Sequence record: SRR31156797_5121
Reading direction: 5' to 3' (one strand)
Length of the DNA stretch: 36,254 nt
This document shows, one piece after another, positions 27,313-36,254 of this stretch. Numbering within the stretch: the first letter of the stretch is position 1; the number at the start of each line of letters is the position of its first letter. The translations under genes were made by a program, and so were the position numbers. Under the pieces are notes generated by a model that was not told the DNA's origin, made no database searches, and saw only the letters and a list, made by a program, of their open reading frames with translations.

Positions 27313-28762
27313 AAAAACAAAACAAAAGACCGTACTGGTCACCGGTGCAACCGGTTATATAGGTAGGCGGCTGGCACATCTCTTATTAAAAAAAGCCACT
27401 GTTAAGGTTCGGTTACTGGTGCGCAACAAAGAAAAGGTCCAGGTATCCATAGCTGAACAGGTGGACATAAGGGAAGGCTCAACTTTTCAAAAACAGTCTC
27501 TTGAGACTGCACTAGATGGAGTGGATACTGCTTTCTACCTGATCCATTCCATGGGGTCTACAGATGATTATAGCAACCTGGATCGGGTCAGCGCCGAAAA
27601 CTTTAGAAATGCCTGCATAACTGCTGGTGTCAGGCGAATTATTTATCTCGGTGGATTGGGAGTAAAAGAAAGTGCAAGCGAACACCTGCTGAGTCGAATT
27701 GAAACAGGGGAGGTTCTTTCCGCAAGACCAGATGAAATTGAGACAATATGGCTGCGAGCTGGAGTTATTATTGGTTCAGGAAGCGCCAGTTTTGAAATCA
27801 TTCGTAACCTCTGCCAGAAACTTCCCATGATGATCACCCCACGCTGGGTTCGCAGTCGGACACAACCCATCAGTATTGATGATGTCCTGCATTACCTGGA
27901 GTCGTCTATAACTCTGCCACACCAAGGCAACCTTATTGTTGATATAGGCAGTGCCCCCCTCAGCTTCCAGCAAATGATGGAACAGGCAGCACAAGTCATG
28001 GGGCTAAAAAGATACCTTTTCCCAGTTCCGGTTCTCTCACCCCGTCTCTCTTCTTACTGGTTGGTCCTTTTCACTCCCATCCCGTACAAACTTGCCTCTG
28101 CTCTTGTTGAAGGCCTAAAAAGTGAGACCATACTGCAAAACGACAATGCAGCCCGTTTTTATCCGGATATTGCACCATCCACTTTTAAACAGGCGGTGAC
28201 AGATGCTATACATGAACTGGAACAGAACCAGGTTCTGAGCCGCTGGTGTGACAGCAGCGCGAAACAGGCATGCGACATCAAAGATTTTGACAATCCAGCC
28301 GGAGCTATTTTACGGGATACGAGGATTGTCTCCTTTAGCAAAGGCCAACGCCAGGAAGACGTCTTTCGGTCTGTCTGTGCCATTGGAGGTGAAAATGGCT
28401 GGTTCAGGTATAATTTCCTATGGAAAATTCGAGGAGCTATGGACAAACTCGTCGGCGGGTACGGGTTAAGTCGCGGCAGACGATCAAACACTGATTTGCG
28501 TACCGGCGACGCCCTTGATTTCTGGAAAGTGGTTGACCTCAAGCCGGGAAAGAGACTGCTTCTTCATGCTCAAATGAAAGTTCCGGGAGAGGCTTGGCTC
28601 GAATTTGACGTGCAACCAGACCAACTGGTGCAAACTGCCCATTTCCTACCCAAAGGCTTATGGGGGAGATTATACTGGTATTCAGTCCTCCCTTTTCACC
28701 ACTTTGTTTTTAATGATTTATCCAAAACCATCGTGAACTCAGCAACAAAGGGTCAGCACTAA
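27305..28762 (+). CDS. NAD(P)-binding SDR with C-terminal DUF2867 (YbjT-like)
   Basis: TGATGYIG, YLIHSM, GSGSASFEI, IGGENGW, GDALDFW, MKVPGEAWLEF. Confidence 0.88.
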   Translation: MPEKTKQKTVLVTGATGYIGRRLAHLLLKKATVKVRLLVRNKEKVQVSIAEQVDIREGSTFQKQSLETALDGVDTAFYLIHSMGSTDDYSNLDRVSAENFRNACITAGVRRIIYLGGLGVKESASEHLLSRIETGEVLSARPDEIETIWLRAGVIIGSGSASFEIIRNLCQKLPMMITPRWVRSRTQPISIDDVLHYLESSITLPHQGNLIVDIGSAPLSFQQMMEQAAQVMGLKRYLFPVPVLSPRLSSYWLVLFTPIPYKLASALVEGLKSETILQNDNAARFYPDIAPSTFKQAVTDAIHELEQNQVLSRWCDSSAKQACDIKDFDNPAGAILRDTRIVSFSKGQRQEDVFRSVCAIGGENGWFRYNFLWKIRGAMDKLVGGYGLSRGRRSNTDLRTGDALDFWKVVDLKPGKRLLLHAQMKVPGEAWLEFDVQPDQLVQTAHFLPKGLWGRLYWYSVLPFHHFVFNDLSKTIVNSATKGQH

Positions 28763-29026
28763 TCAGTTGCACCAGTCTTTTTGGGAAAAAGACAATGTCC
28801 TTGTCGATGTATCAGAGCCCTGTTGAGATTTTAAATTGCATTTTATATTTTGTAGGTACCGTATCACAACAAATACACTGTGAATGCAATTTACAGGAAA
28901 ACACACTCTTTTCAAACGGTGATAAAAAACGAAGACGCCAACGTATAAACCACCGACTCAACAGGTCCCCCTCCTCCATTTATCTTTTCCTTTAACGTGG
29001 GAAGAACGACAGGCTCTCTGTATATT

Positions 29027-29497
29027 TTATGATATATGAGGATTAAGGGTCCATTTAATGAACCAGTCATTCTCACCATCTTCAGCTTTAGCTGCATCAA
29101 GACATACAATCCCTGAATTCTGAAACTGATAAACACGGTTGTCCTCACTTTCTGTGATCAAAAAGGACACCAAACGCTGCAAAAAAGGTAAGTGACCAAC
29201 CACCATCATCTTCGAATGCGGATCCAGAGTCTCGGCAAAGCTTCGTACATCATCCAACGGATTAATTCCGGCAATAATTTCCACGGGGGTATGCACTGAT
29301 AGCAGGCCATGAAAAATCGATGCGGTCTGCTCTGCCCGCTTTTTCCCCGAATGGCCAATCCGTTCCACTGCTATGCCGTACCCAGCAGCAACCTGACCGA
29401 TCCTTTCTGTTTCTGTTTTACCCGTAGTACTTAACCCTTTTTCAGGATCAATTGCTTTTGATTCGCTCACACCGTGCTGCACAAGAAAAAGTGCCAT
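29027..29497 (-). CDS. sixA: Phosphohistidine phosphatase SixA
   Basis: LFLVQHG, HSGKKRAEQTA, MVVGHLP; GGAGG RBS. Confidence 0.85.
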   Translation of the reverse strand: MALFLVQHGVSESKAIDPEKGLSTTGKTETERIGQVAAGYGIAVERIGHSGKKRAEQTASIFHGLLSVHTPVEIIAGINPLDDVRSFAETLDPHSKMMVVGHLPFLQRLVSFLITESEDNRVYQFQNSGIVCLDAAKAEDGENDWFIKWTLNPHIS

Positions 29498-29555
29498 GAT
29501 GTTCCTCCGTTTTGATTCTGATATAATATCATTTATTGGCCTTCACTCAAATGAT

Positions 29556-29575
29556 ACAGGATAAACATATCCTGT
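29556..29575. promoter_or_regulatory. Palindrome in the divergent sixA/pqi region
   Basis: ACAGGATA-AACA-TATCCTGT. Confidence 0.3.
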
Positions 29576-29907
29576 CTGTTCAACAGTGCTAAGTACGCAT
29601 TTACTGCAATATAGAAAATGTGCTCCAGCATGGTATCAACAGACCGTTGCCCCTATTCATCCAACGCTGGTTCGAAATGAAAAAAACAACTGCGGTGGAG
29701 CCAAAAAAAGAGTAGCGTATTAAATGGTTACGTTATTTTAGATATTTTTCGACTTGTACAATTTGGCGGCAGAGTGGTCCTGTGCTCGGCCTAGGAATTA
29801 GATTTTAATATTTCCTGTCGATATGAGAGGCATGGTCTATTATAGTTGCCATTATAAATCGACAAGAAAATCCATTCACTTTACAAAAAACAAACCGATA
29901 TAAGGTA

Positions 29908-30507
29908 ATGTCAGAACACCTCATAGCCTGCCACGCATGTGATTTACTGCACCAAGTTGGAGATGTTCCCCTTGGCGGATCAGCCTGTTGTTCACGCTGC
30001 GGCACCGCTCTTTACCGACCAAAACGTGACAGTATCAACCGCACTCTTGCCTTAGCCGTGGCTGGCCTGATTTTTTATCTCATCGCAAATACCCATCCAT
30101 TTCTTGGGTTCAGAGTAGGGTCACAACTACGAGAGACAACGCTTACCACAGGAATTTTTCAACTTTACCAACAAGATATGTCAATCATTGCTACGTTGGT
30201 CCTGTTTACCGTTGTCATCGTACCTGCGATCCATTTACTCTCTATGATCTACATCCTGGTACCATTACGAGCAAACCGGCCCCCCCCATTCCTCGCTCCG
30301 ATATTTCGATTGTATTTCATACTCAAGCCCTGGGGGATGCTGGAAATATTCCTGTTAGGTATATTGGTATCTGCATTCAAGTTGGTAAAAATGGCAACCA
30401 TTATTCCAGGAGTGGCATTGTATGCTTTTTTTGCGCTTATTTTTGTATTTTCTGCTATGACAGTGACCTTAGATGCTCATTTAATATGGAAAAAAATCAA
30501 GTATTAA
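29908..30507 (+). CDS. pqiA: Paraquat-inducible protein A, first half
   Basis: CHACD...CSRCG, ANTHPF, PWGMLEIF. Confidence 0.88.
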   Translation: MSEHLIACHACDLLHQVGDVPLGGSACCSRCGTALYRPKRDSINRTLALAVAGLIFYLIANTHPFLGFRVGSQLRETTLTTGIFQLYQQDMSIIATLVLFTVVIVPAIHLLSMIYILVPLRANRPPPFLAPIFRLYFILKPWGMLEIFLLGILVSAFKLVKMATIIPGVALYAFFALIFVFSAMTVTLDAHLIWKKIKY

Positions 30508-31133
30508 TAAACATTCAATCAACGACAGCCAAAAAGGCTGGGCTGGCGTCCTGTCACCGTTGCCATTTGTTAAGTAAACTTTCCAATAAAAAGGGCATCT
30601 GTCCCCGTTGTCGAGCAGTCATACATAGTCGTAAGCCGGAAAGTCTTGCCCGGACGTGGGCTCTCATTACGGCAGCTTTTATCTTTTATATTCCTGCAAA
30701 CATTTTGCCTGTTACCTATACATCTTCTATCGGTACGGTACAGCCAGATACCATCATGAGTGGAGTGATTTATTTTATTCATTCCGGTAGCTGGCCTGTT
30801 GCCCTCATCATCTTTACAGCCAGTGTCTTTGTCCCTTTAATGAAATTGGTCATCCTTATAGTGCTGTTACTTTCTGTACAGCTGCGTTGGAAATGGCGCC
30901 CTGTAGACCGTACCCGTTTGTACCACTTAACAGAAGCAATCGGCCGATGGTCAATGCTTGATATTTACGTAATCACCATTTTGGTTGCCCTTGTGCACAT
31001 GGGAGCACTTGCCAATATTGCAGCTGGCCTGGGCGCTCTTTTTTTTGCTATGGTTGTAGTCATCACCATGTTTGCAGCTGAATCTTTTGATCCCCGCCTT
31101 ATTTGGGACAACATTGAGGATACTGATGATTGA
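30486..31133 (+). CDS. pqiA: Paraquat-inducible protein A, second half
   Basis: CHRC...CPRC, YIPANILP, DTIMSGV, GRWSMLD, FDPRLIWD. Confidence 0.9.
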   Translation: MEKNQVLINIQSTTAKKAGLASCHRCHLLSKLSNKKGICPRCRAVIHSRKPESLARTWALITAAFIFYIPANILPVTYTSSIGTVQPDTIMSGVIYFIHSGSWPVALIIFTASVFVPLMKLVILIVLLLSVQLRWKWRPVDRTRLYHLTEAIGRWSMLDIYVITILVALVHMGALANIAAGLGALFFAMVVVITMFAAESFDPRLIWDNIEDTDD

Positions 31134-32790
31134 GAAGACTGATGATATTTCACCTGAACAGCCAACTGCTGCCCCAATAATCAAGCAGCGCCGTTCTGTA
31201 TCGATTGTTTGGTTAGTCCCTATCGTTGCATTGATCATTGGTGGTTGGCTCGCCTATAAAGCCATAACAGAGAAAGGGCCGACAATAACTATTCAATTCG
31301 CCACTGCAGATGGCCTTGAAGCTGGTAAGACCAAAGTTAAGTATAAATCTGTTGATGTTGGAGTCGTTGAATCCATAGAGATCGGTGGAGAAATATCCCA
31401 CGTTGTATTACATGTACAATTGAAAAAAGGGGCCGAAAAGTATCTTACCGATCAAACGAAATTTTGGGTAGTACGAGCACGTGTATCGGCTAGTGAGGTA
31501 AGTGGCTTGAGTACACTTCTCGGAGGCGCTTATATCGGTATGGAGCCATCAGCCAAAGGGCAACCGCAACAAGATTTTACCGGGCTTGAAACAGTTCCTC
31601 TGATAACGAGCGCCAGCAAGGGAAAACGTTTTAAGCTGAATGCACCTCGACTTGGATCTCTGAATCCAGGGTCCCCAATATATTTTCGCCAGGTTAAAGT
31701 TGGCCAGGTAATTGATTACAGTTTGGAAGAAAAGGGAAATAATGTTGGTGTAAACATTTTTATAGATAGTCCTTACGATCAGTTTGTTCGTAAAAAGACA
31801 AGATTTTGGTTAGCAAGTGGTCTTGATATGCAACTAACTGCCAACGGAATAAGGGTCGATACGGATTCAGTCGTGTCGCTTATGATTGGCGGCCTAGCAT
31901 TTGGAACCTTTTCTAGTGGTTTTCAAGGAGAGCAAGCTTCTGAAAATATGCAGTTTAAGTTATATGAAACGCATGAAGAAGCAAGAGACGATCAGTACAC
32001 GATAAAACATAATTATTATCTTGAATTTTTTGAATCCATTCGTGGTTTGTCGGTTGATGCTCCTGTCGAATTTCGGGGTATACAGATAGGCAGTGTCACC
32101 GATATCAAATTGAAAATCCTTCCCAACCAGATGAATTTTTCAACAATGGTAGGTGTCACTATCGAACGGGAACGTCTTGGGTTGTCCGGCCAAGCCACTA
32201 GAGACCTTGATGTTCAGATCAAAAAGATGATTAATGATGGTCTTCGTGTTCAGCTCAAGACCGGAAATTTGTTAACGGGACAATTGCTTGTAGATGTTGA
32301 TTACTATCCAGATGCCCCTGGCGTTGAAGAGACTATGTACAAAGGTCAGCTCGTCATTCCCAGCTTGCCATCTTCAAGTCAGGCAGTACTTAATGGGGTG
32401 ACGAATTTTATCAAAAAAATGGACCAGCTTCCCCTGAAGGAGATTGGGCAAAGTCTGCAAAGTGCCTTGGCAGGTGTAGACAAGCTGGTCAATGATCCTG
32501 ACCTTCAACAGTCGATGCAGTCCATGCGAAATATTTTGGCTGACCTGGAAACGACAACCGATAATATCAACGCTGATACCATGCCGGAAGCCACGGCTAC
32601 TCTAGAAGAGTTACATAATCTTGTTAAAGAAATGAAAGGCTGGATAAGTGCAGACTCCCCTTTACAAGCGGATTTATTGCGATCACTACAGGAAATTGGC
32701 AAGGCTGCTCGATCAATTAACAATCTTGCGGATATGTTGGAACGTCATCCGGAAGCACTTATTCAAGGAAAAACAATTGAGGATCAATAA
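31126..32790 (+). CDS. pqiB: MCE-domain intermembrane transport protein PqiB
   Basis: SIVWLVP, GLEAGKTKVKY, FWVVR, three MCE repeats, C-terminal helical region ending LERHPEALIQG. Confidence 0.92.
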   Translation: MIEKTDDISPEQPTAAPIIKQRRSVSIVWLVPIVALIIGGWLAYKAITEKGPTITIQFATADGLEAGKTKVKYKSVDVGVVESIEIGGEISHVVLHVQLKKGAEKYLTDQTKFWVVRARVSASEVSGLSTLLGGAYIGMEPSAKGQPQQDFTGLETVPLITSASKGKRFKLNAPRLGSLNPGSPIYFRQVKVGQVIDYSLEEKGNNVGVNIFIDSPYDQFVRKKTRFWLASGLDMQLTANGIRVDTDSVVSLMIGGLAFGTFSSGFQGEQASENMQFKLYETHEEARDDQYTIKHNYYLEFFESIRGLSVDAPVEFRGIQIGSVTDIKLKILPNQMNFSTMVGVTIERERLGLSGQATRDLDVQIKKMINDGLRVQLKTGNLLTGQLLVDVDYYPDAPGVEETMYKGQLVIPSLPSSSQAVLNGVTNFIKKMDQLPLKEIGQSLQSALAGVDKLVNDPDLQQSMQSMRNILADLETTTDNINADTMPEATATLEELHNLVKEMKGWISADSPLQADLLRSLQEIGKAARSINNLADMLERHPEALIQGKTIEDQ

Positions 32791-33392
32791 TGGTTTCATC
32801 TGGTAAATATTATCTGTTATTGCTGTTATTCTTAACTGTTGCGATAACCGCTTGCTCAGTAAAGACCCCTGAGGCAGTTTTTTACACCCTCATCCCTACA
32901 AAGGCTTCTTCTATTGAGAAAACAACGAATTGGGCACAGCCTCTTGCCATCGGCATTGGCCCTGTAAAGTTTCCCAGTGAGCTTGATAGACCGTCCATAG
33001 TTACCCGTTCTGGACAAAACCGCCTTGTTATTGACGAATTTCATAGGTGGGGCGGCTCACTGGAGAACAATTTTCTTAGAGTAATGGCGGATAACTTGAC
33101 CCATTTACTAAATACCGACCAAATAATGATACGCCCCTGGGAGCATTATTTCACACCTGATGTTCGCATCGCACTTGATATACACCAGTTTGATGGTCGT
33201 TTGGGTGAATCTGCCTCGCTTAATGTGACCTGGGTAATCTACAGAGAAGATAAGGAAAAGGAGACTGTCGTTCATCGGAGTTCCCTCAATGAAACAATTG
33301 TGGAATATGGCTATGATCCGTTGGTAGCAGCCCAGAGTCGGCTGGTGGAGAGGTTAGCCAAGGAAATAGCCGATGTTTTGTTGGAGCTCTAG
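32790..33392 (+). CDS. pqiC: PqiC lipoprotein
   Basis: Lipobox ITAC; GPVKFPSELDRPSIV, HRWG, FDG. Confidence 0.85.
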   Translation: MVSSGKYYLLLLLFLTVAITACSVKTPEAVFYTLIPTKASSIEKTTNWAQPLAIGIGPVKFPSELDRPSIVTRSGQNRLVIDEFHRWGGSLENNFLRVMADNLTHLLNTDQIMIRPWEHYFTPDVRIALDIHQFDGRLGESASLNVTWVIYREDKEKETVVHRSSLNETIVEYGYDPLVAAQSRLVERLAKEIADVLLEL

Positions 33393-33466
33393 CCAGGGGT
33401 TCTTATCGGTCAAGACTGTATGACCAGACACCAGGCTTCCAAGGACAAAAACATCACTATAGAGCT

Positions 33467-34102
33467 ATGGATATCAACACTTTTCTCACATGTTTGATTG
33501 CTGTTACTTTACTGACACTTACGCCGGGAATAGACACCCTGTTAGTTGTTCGTAACAGTGCTCGAGGCGGGTGGTATGATGGAGCCGTCACCAGCCTTGG
33601 AATCTGTTCAGGACTTTTCATCCACGCTTTGGTTTCTGCCTGTGGAATATCCATTATTCTCTTGCAGACAGCATGGGCTTATAACGGATTAAAAATTGTG
33701 GGAGCAACCTACCTTTTTTGGCTGGGACTTACGAGTTGGCGGAGGTTGCTGTTAAAGAAGGAAAACAATATGTTTAAAGGGCCTGCTGTTTCTGCACTAG
33801 AATATTGCAGTATTCGATCTTTTCGTGAAGGTTTTCTCTCCAACGTCCTTAATCCGAAGACAGTCATTTTCTATATGGCTTTTCTTCCCCAATTTATTGA
33901 TCCAAACAAAGGAACGCTTTGGCAGTCGTTAACAGTCGCAGCCATCCACTTCACGATTGCGATGACTTGGCAATGCCTGCTTGCTTCTATGGTTGACCGA
34001 GCCAAAGGATGGTTGGAAAATCCAAAATGCAGCCAAACATTTGATGGATTAACAGGATCCATGATGATATTTCTCGGCATCCGACTGGCGTTTACAGACT
34101 AA
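33467..34102 (+). CDS. LysE/RhtB family translocator
   Basis: TPGIDTLLV, GATYLFWLG, GFLSNVLNPK. Confidence 0.9.
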   Translation: MDINTFLTCLIAVTLLTLTPGIDTLLVVRNSARGGWYDGAVTSLGICSGLFIHALVSACGISIILLQTAWAYNGLKIVGATYLFWLGLTSWRRLLLKKENNMFKGPAVSALEYCSIRSFREGFLSNVLNPKTVIFYMAFLPQFIDPNKGTLWQSLTVAAIHFTIAMTWQCLLASMVDRAKGWLENPKCSQTFDGLTGSMMIFLGIRLAFTD

Positions 34103-34146
34103 ACAGGTCTTCTTTTTTCCAAGTACCTTCAGAACCGACACATTGT

Positions 34147-34377
34147 TTACTCCAGGAATTCGAGGAGCAAGGGTTCCACCACATACTGTAAAGGCCCGCC
34201 GCCACCTTCAATATCGCCTACCAATATGCCAGCATTCCAAACCGCGACAACTAACACTGATACCACGACACACAGGAAGACAGGATACACCATTTTCTCA
34301 AGTACGGTAAATGGAGCGATCCTTATCTGATTGCCTTTCAGCGGCTCGCGTATAACATCAAAGACACCTTCTTGCAT
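34147..34377 (-). CDS. Possible small membrane protein
   Basis: One hydrophobic segment, purine-rich RBS before ATG 34377; no family recognised. Confidence 0.35.
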   Translation of the reverse strand: MQEGVFDVIREPLKGNQIRIAPFTVLEKMVYPVFLCVVVSVLVVAVWNAGILVGDIEGGGGPLQYVVEPLLLEFLE

Positions 34378-34482
34378 CCCCCTCTCCTTCTGTTCAATAC
34401 CATTATACCTCTCCTGCGCATGTCTCATTTTAAAGACGACCGAAGTCACTCGCTGGAACGAATCTCATCCTTTTCTCACAAC

Positions 34483-34521
34483 AAAAAAACGGCAGAAAGT
34501 TGGAACCTTCTGCCGTTTTTT
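34483..34521 (-). terminator. Rho-independent terminator of hcp
   Basis: AAAAAAACGGCAGAA...TTCTGCCGTTTTTT. Confidence 0.85.
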
Positions 34522-34543
34522 GAGTATGCTTTATAAATACAGC

Positions 34544-36254
34544 TTATTCACCTGCCATCATGGCTGTGATATCATCCGCTACGGTTCCGATGGGTTTGAT
34601 GTTAAAATTTTCCACCAACACATCAAGAACAGCTGGAGAAATAAAGGCTGGTAAAGTTGGTCCAAGACGAATCCCTTTTACTCCCAGGTGCAGTAAGGCA
34701 AGGAGAACCGCCACGGCTTTCTGCTCATACCAACCGATATCAAAGGAAATAGGAAGTTCGTTAATGTCATCAAGCTCGAAAACTTCTTTAAGTTTAAGGG
34801 CGATAACCGCCAGCGAGTAAGAGTCATTGCACTGTCCAGCGTCCAACACTCTTGGAATCCCGCCAATATCTCCTAGATTCAATTTATTGTAGCGATACTT
34901 GGCACAACCTGCAGTTAAGATAACTGTATCCTGAGGAAGATTTTCCGCAACCTCGGTAAAATAGCCGCGCCCTTTTTGCCTACCATCACAGCCCGCCATA
35001 ACTACAAATCTTTTAATAGCGCCTGACTTTACCGCCTCAACAACCTTATCAGCAAGAGCCAATACCTGGTTGTGAGCAAAACCGCCAACAATTGTTCCGG
35101 TTTCAATCTCCTGTGGAGCACTACATGTTTTTGCCTGTTCAATAATCGCTGAAAAATCTTTGGCTTGGCCATCCACCCGATCAACGATGTGGGTTACACC
35201 AGGATACCCAGCCGTACCTGTCGTATAAATACGCTCTTGATACGAATTGGACTTTTTGATGGGAATAATGCAGTTGGTGGTCATCAGGACCGGCCCGTTA
35301 AATGACTCAAAGTCTTCATTCTGGTGCCACCACGAACCGCCGTAATTACCCCTAAGATTGTCATACTTTTTAAATGCCGGATAATAATTAGCGGGCAGCA
35401 TTTCCCCATGGGTATACACGTCAACACCAGTCCCCTGGGTCTGCTCAAGCAACTCTTCCATGTCCTTGAGATCATGCCCACTGATGAGGATGCCGGGCTT
35501 ATCACCCACGCCAAGATTTACTTCAGTAATTTCTGGATTACCGTACGCGCCGGTGTTGGCCGCATCAAGCGTGGCCATGGTGGTTACAGCGCACTCCCCT
35601 GCCTTCATCACAAGAGCAACCATTTCATCCACGGTGTGGTCTTCAGTGGTGGATGCCATCCCTTCGATTACAAAATCATAGATCTCGTCTTTTTCGACCC
35701 CAAGCACTGCTGCGTGGTCGGCGTAAGCACTGATACCTTTCAGGCCTAAGATGAGCAGCTCCCGAAGTGATCGTACATCTTCATTTTCTGTAGCCAGTAC
35801 ACCTACGGTTTTTGCTTTTTCCTGAAACATGGCAGGGTCACTTGAAAACCAAAGCGCAGATGCATCCAACTGGATGGCCGGGGCACTTTCCTCACCAGGG
35901 CTGAGAAAACTCATCAGTTTAGTCCAGATTGTTGCTTTCTGCTCCGGAGAGCTAAGGCTGTCCATTTGGTTTTTAAGCTTGGTCTTAATGACCTGCGAAC
36001 GTTTAATCCAGTTCTCCAGACTTTGGTCATCAAAGTTGGCATTGGTAATGGTCGTAAACAGGCCCTGACAGATAAACAGACCAACGCTGTTGTCGACCTC
36101 TACCCCGGCTTCTTTTAAACTTTTTGCCAGAACAGCAATACCTCGCAAATCATAGATCAACAGATCCTGAAGGTTAGCGGTCGTATCCTGTTTACCGCAA
36201 ACGCCTTTAACGGTGCATCCTGTGCCTTTTGCAGCTTCCTGACATTGAAAACAA
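34544..36254 (-). CDS. hcp: Hybrid-cluster protein (hydroxylamine reductase); start lies just beyond the window
   Basis: Window edge reads [62 protein letters not shown]. Confidence 0.96.
   Translation of the reverse strand, partial: CFQCQEAAKGTGCTVKGVCGKQDTTANLQDLLIYDLRGIAVLAKSLKEAGVEVDNSVGLFICQGLFTTITNANFDDQSLENWIKRSQVIKTKLKNQMDSLSSPEQKATIWTKLMSFLSPGEESAPAIQLDASALWFSSDPAMFQEKAKTVGVLATENEDVRSLRELLILGLKGISAYADHAAVLGVEKDEIYDFVIEGMASTTEDHTVDEMVALVMKAGECAVTTMATLDAANTGAYGNPEITEVNLGVGDKPGILISGHDLKDMEELLEQTQGTGVDVYTHGEMLPANYYPAFKKYDNLRGNYGGSWWHQNEDFESFNGPVLMTTNCIIPIKKSNSYQERIYTTGTAGYPGVTHIVDRVDGQAKDFSAIIEQAKTCSAPQEIETGTIVGGFAHNQVLALADKVVEAVKSGAIKRFVVMAGCDGRQKGRGYFTEVAENLPQDTVILTAGCAKYRYNKLNLGDIGGIPRVLDAGQCNDSYSLAVIALKLKEVFELDDINELPISFDIGWYEQKAVAVLLALLHLGVKGIRLGPTLPAFISPAVLDVLVENFNIKPIGTVADDITAMMAGE

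Noticed and set aside
29908-31133. Split pqiA as a frameshift pseudogene
   Set aside because: Two-gene pqiA is a common natural arrangement, and each half has its own Cys motif and start
1-36254. CRISPR array, IS element, integrase, prophage, tRNA or rRNA
   Set aside because: No periodic repeats, transposase or integrase motifs, or RNA-gene signatures seen

Overview
36 kb of bacterial chromosome, probably from an anaerobic Desulfobacterota (Desulfobulbales-like). This is inferred from gene content, not proven. Layout: (1) a six-gene Hyf/Ehr-type membrane complex operon whose large subunit lacks the Ni-binding CxxC motifs, so it is hydrogenase-related rather than a true [NiFe]-hydrogenase. 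(2) A ~21 kb photo-oxidative/UV-stress island containing an intact DUF3833-CHI-NTF2-SDR-FAD oxidoreductase-DUF1365-cfa-DUF2878 lipid-modification operon, a glutaredoxin/ferredoxin-thioredoxin-reductase fusion, a class II photolyase, an ADP-ribosylglycohydrolase and a DUF2867 SDR. Interspersed are at least six decayed genes, several missed or only partly called by the ORF track: a PNPOx-like gene, uvsE, a membrane protein, a PAS regulator, a lipocalin and DUF523/DUF1722. (3) sixA, pqiAABC, a LysE transporter and hcp, which runs off the right edge. No rRNA, tRNA, CRISPR array or mobile element was recognised. All family calls come from motif recognition by eye, not database searches.
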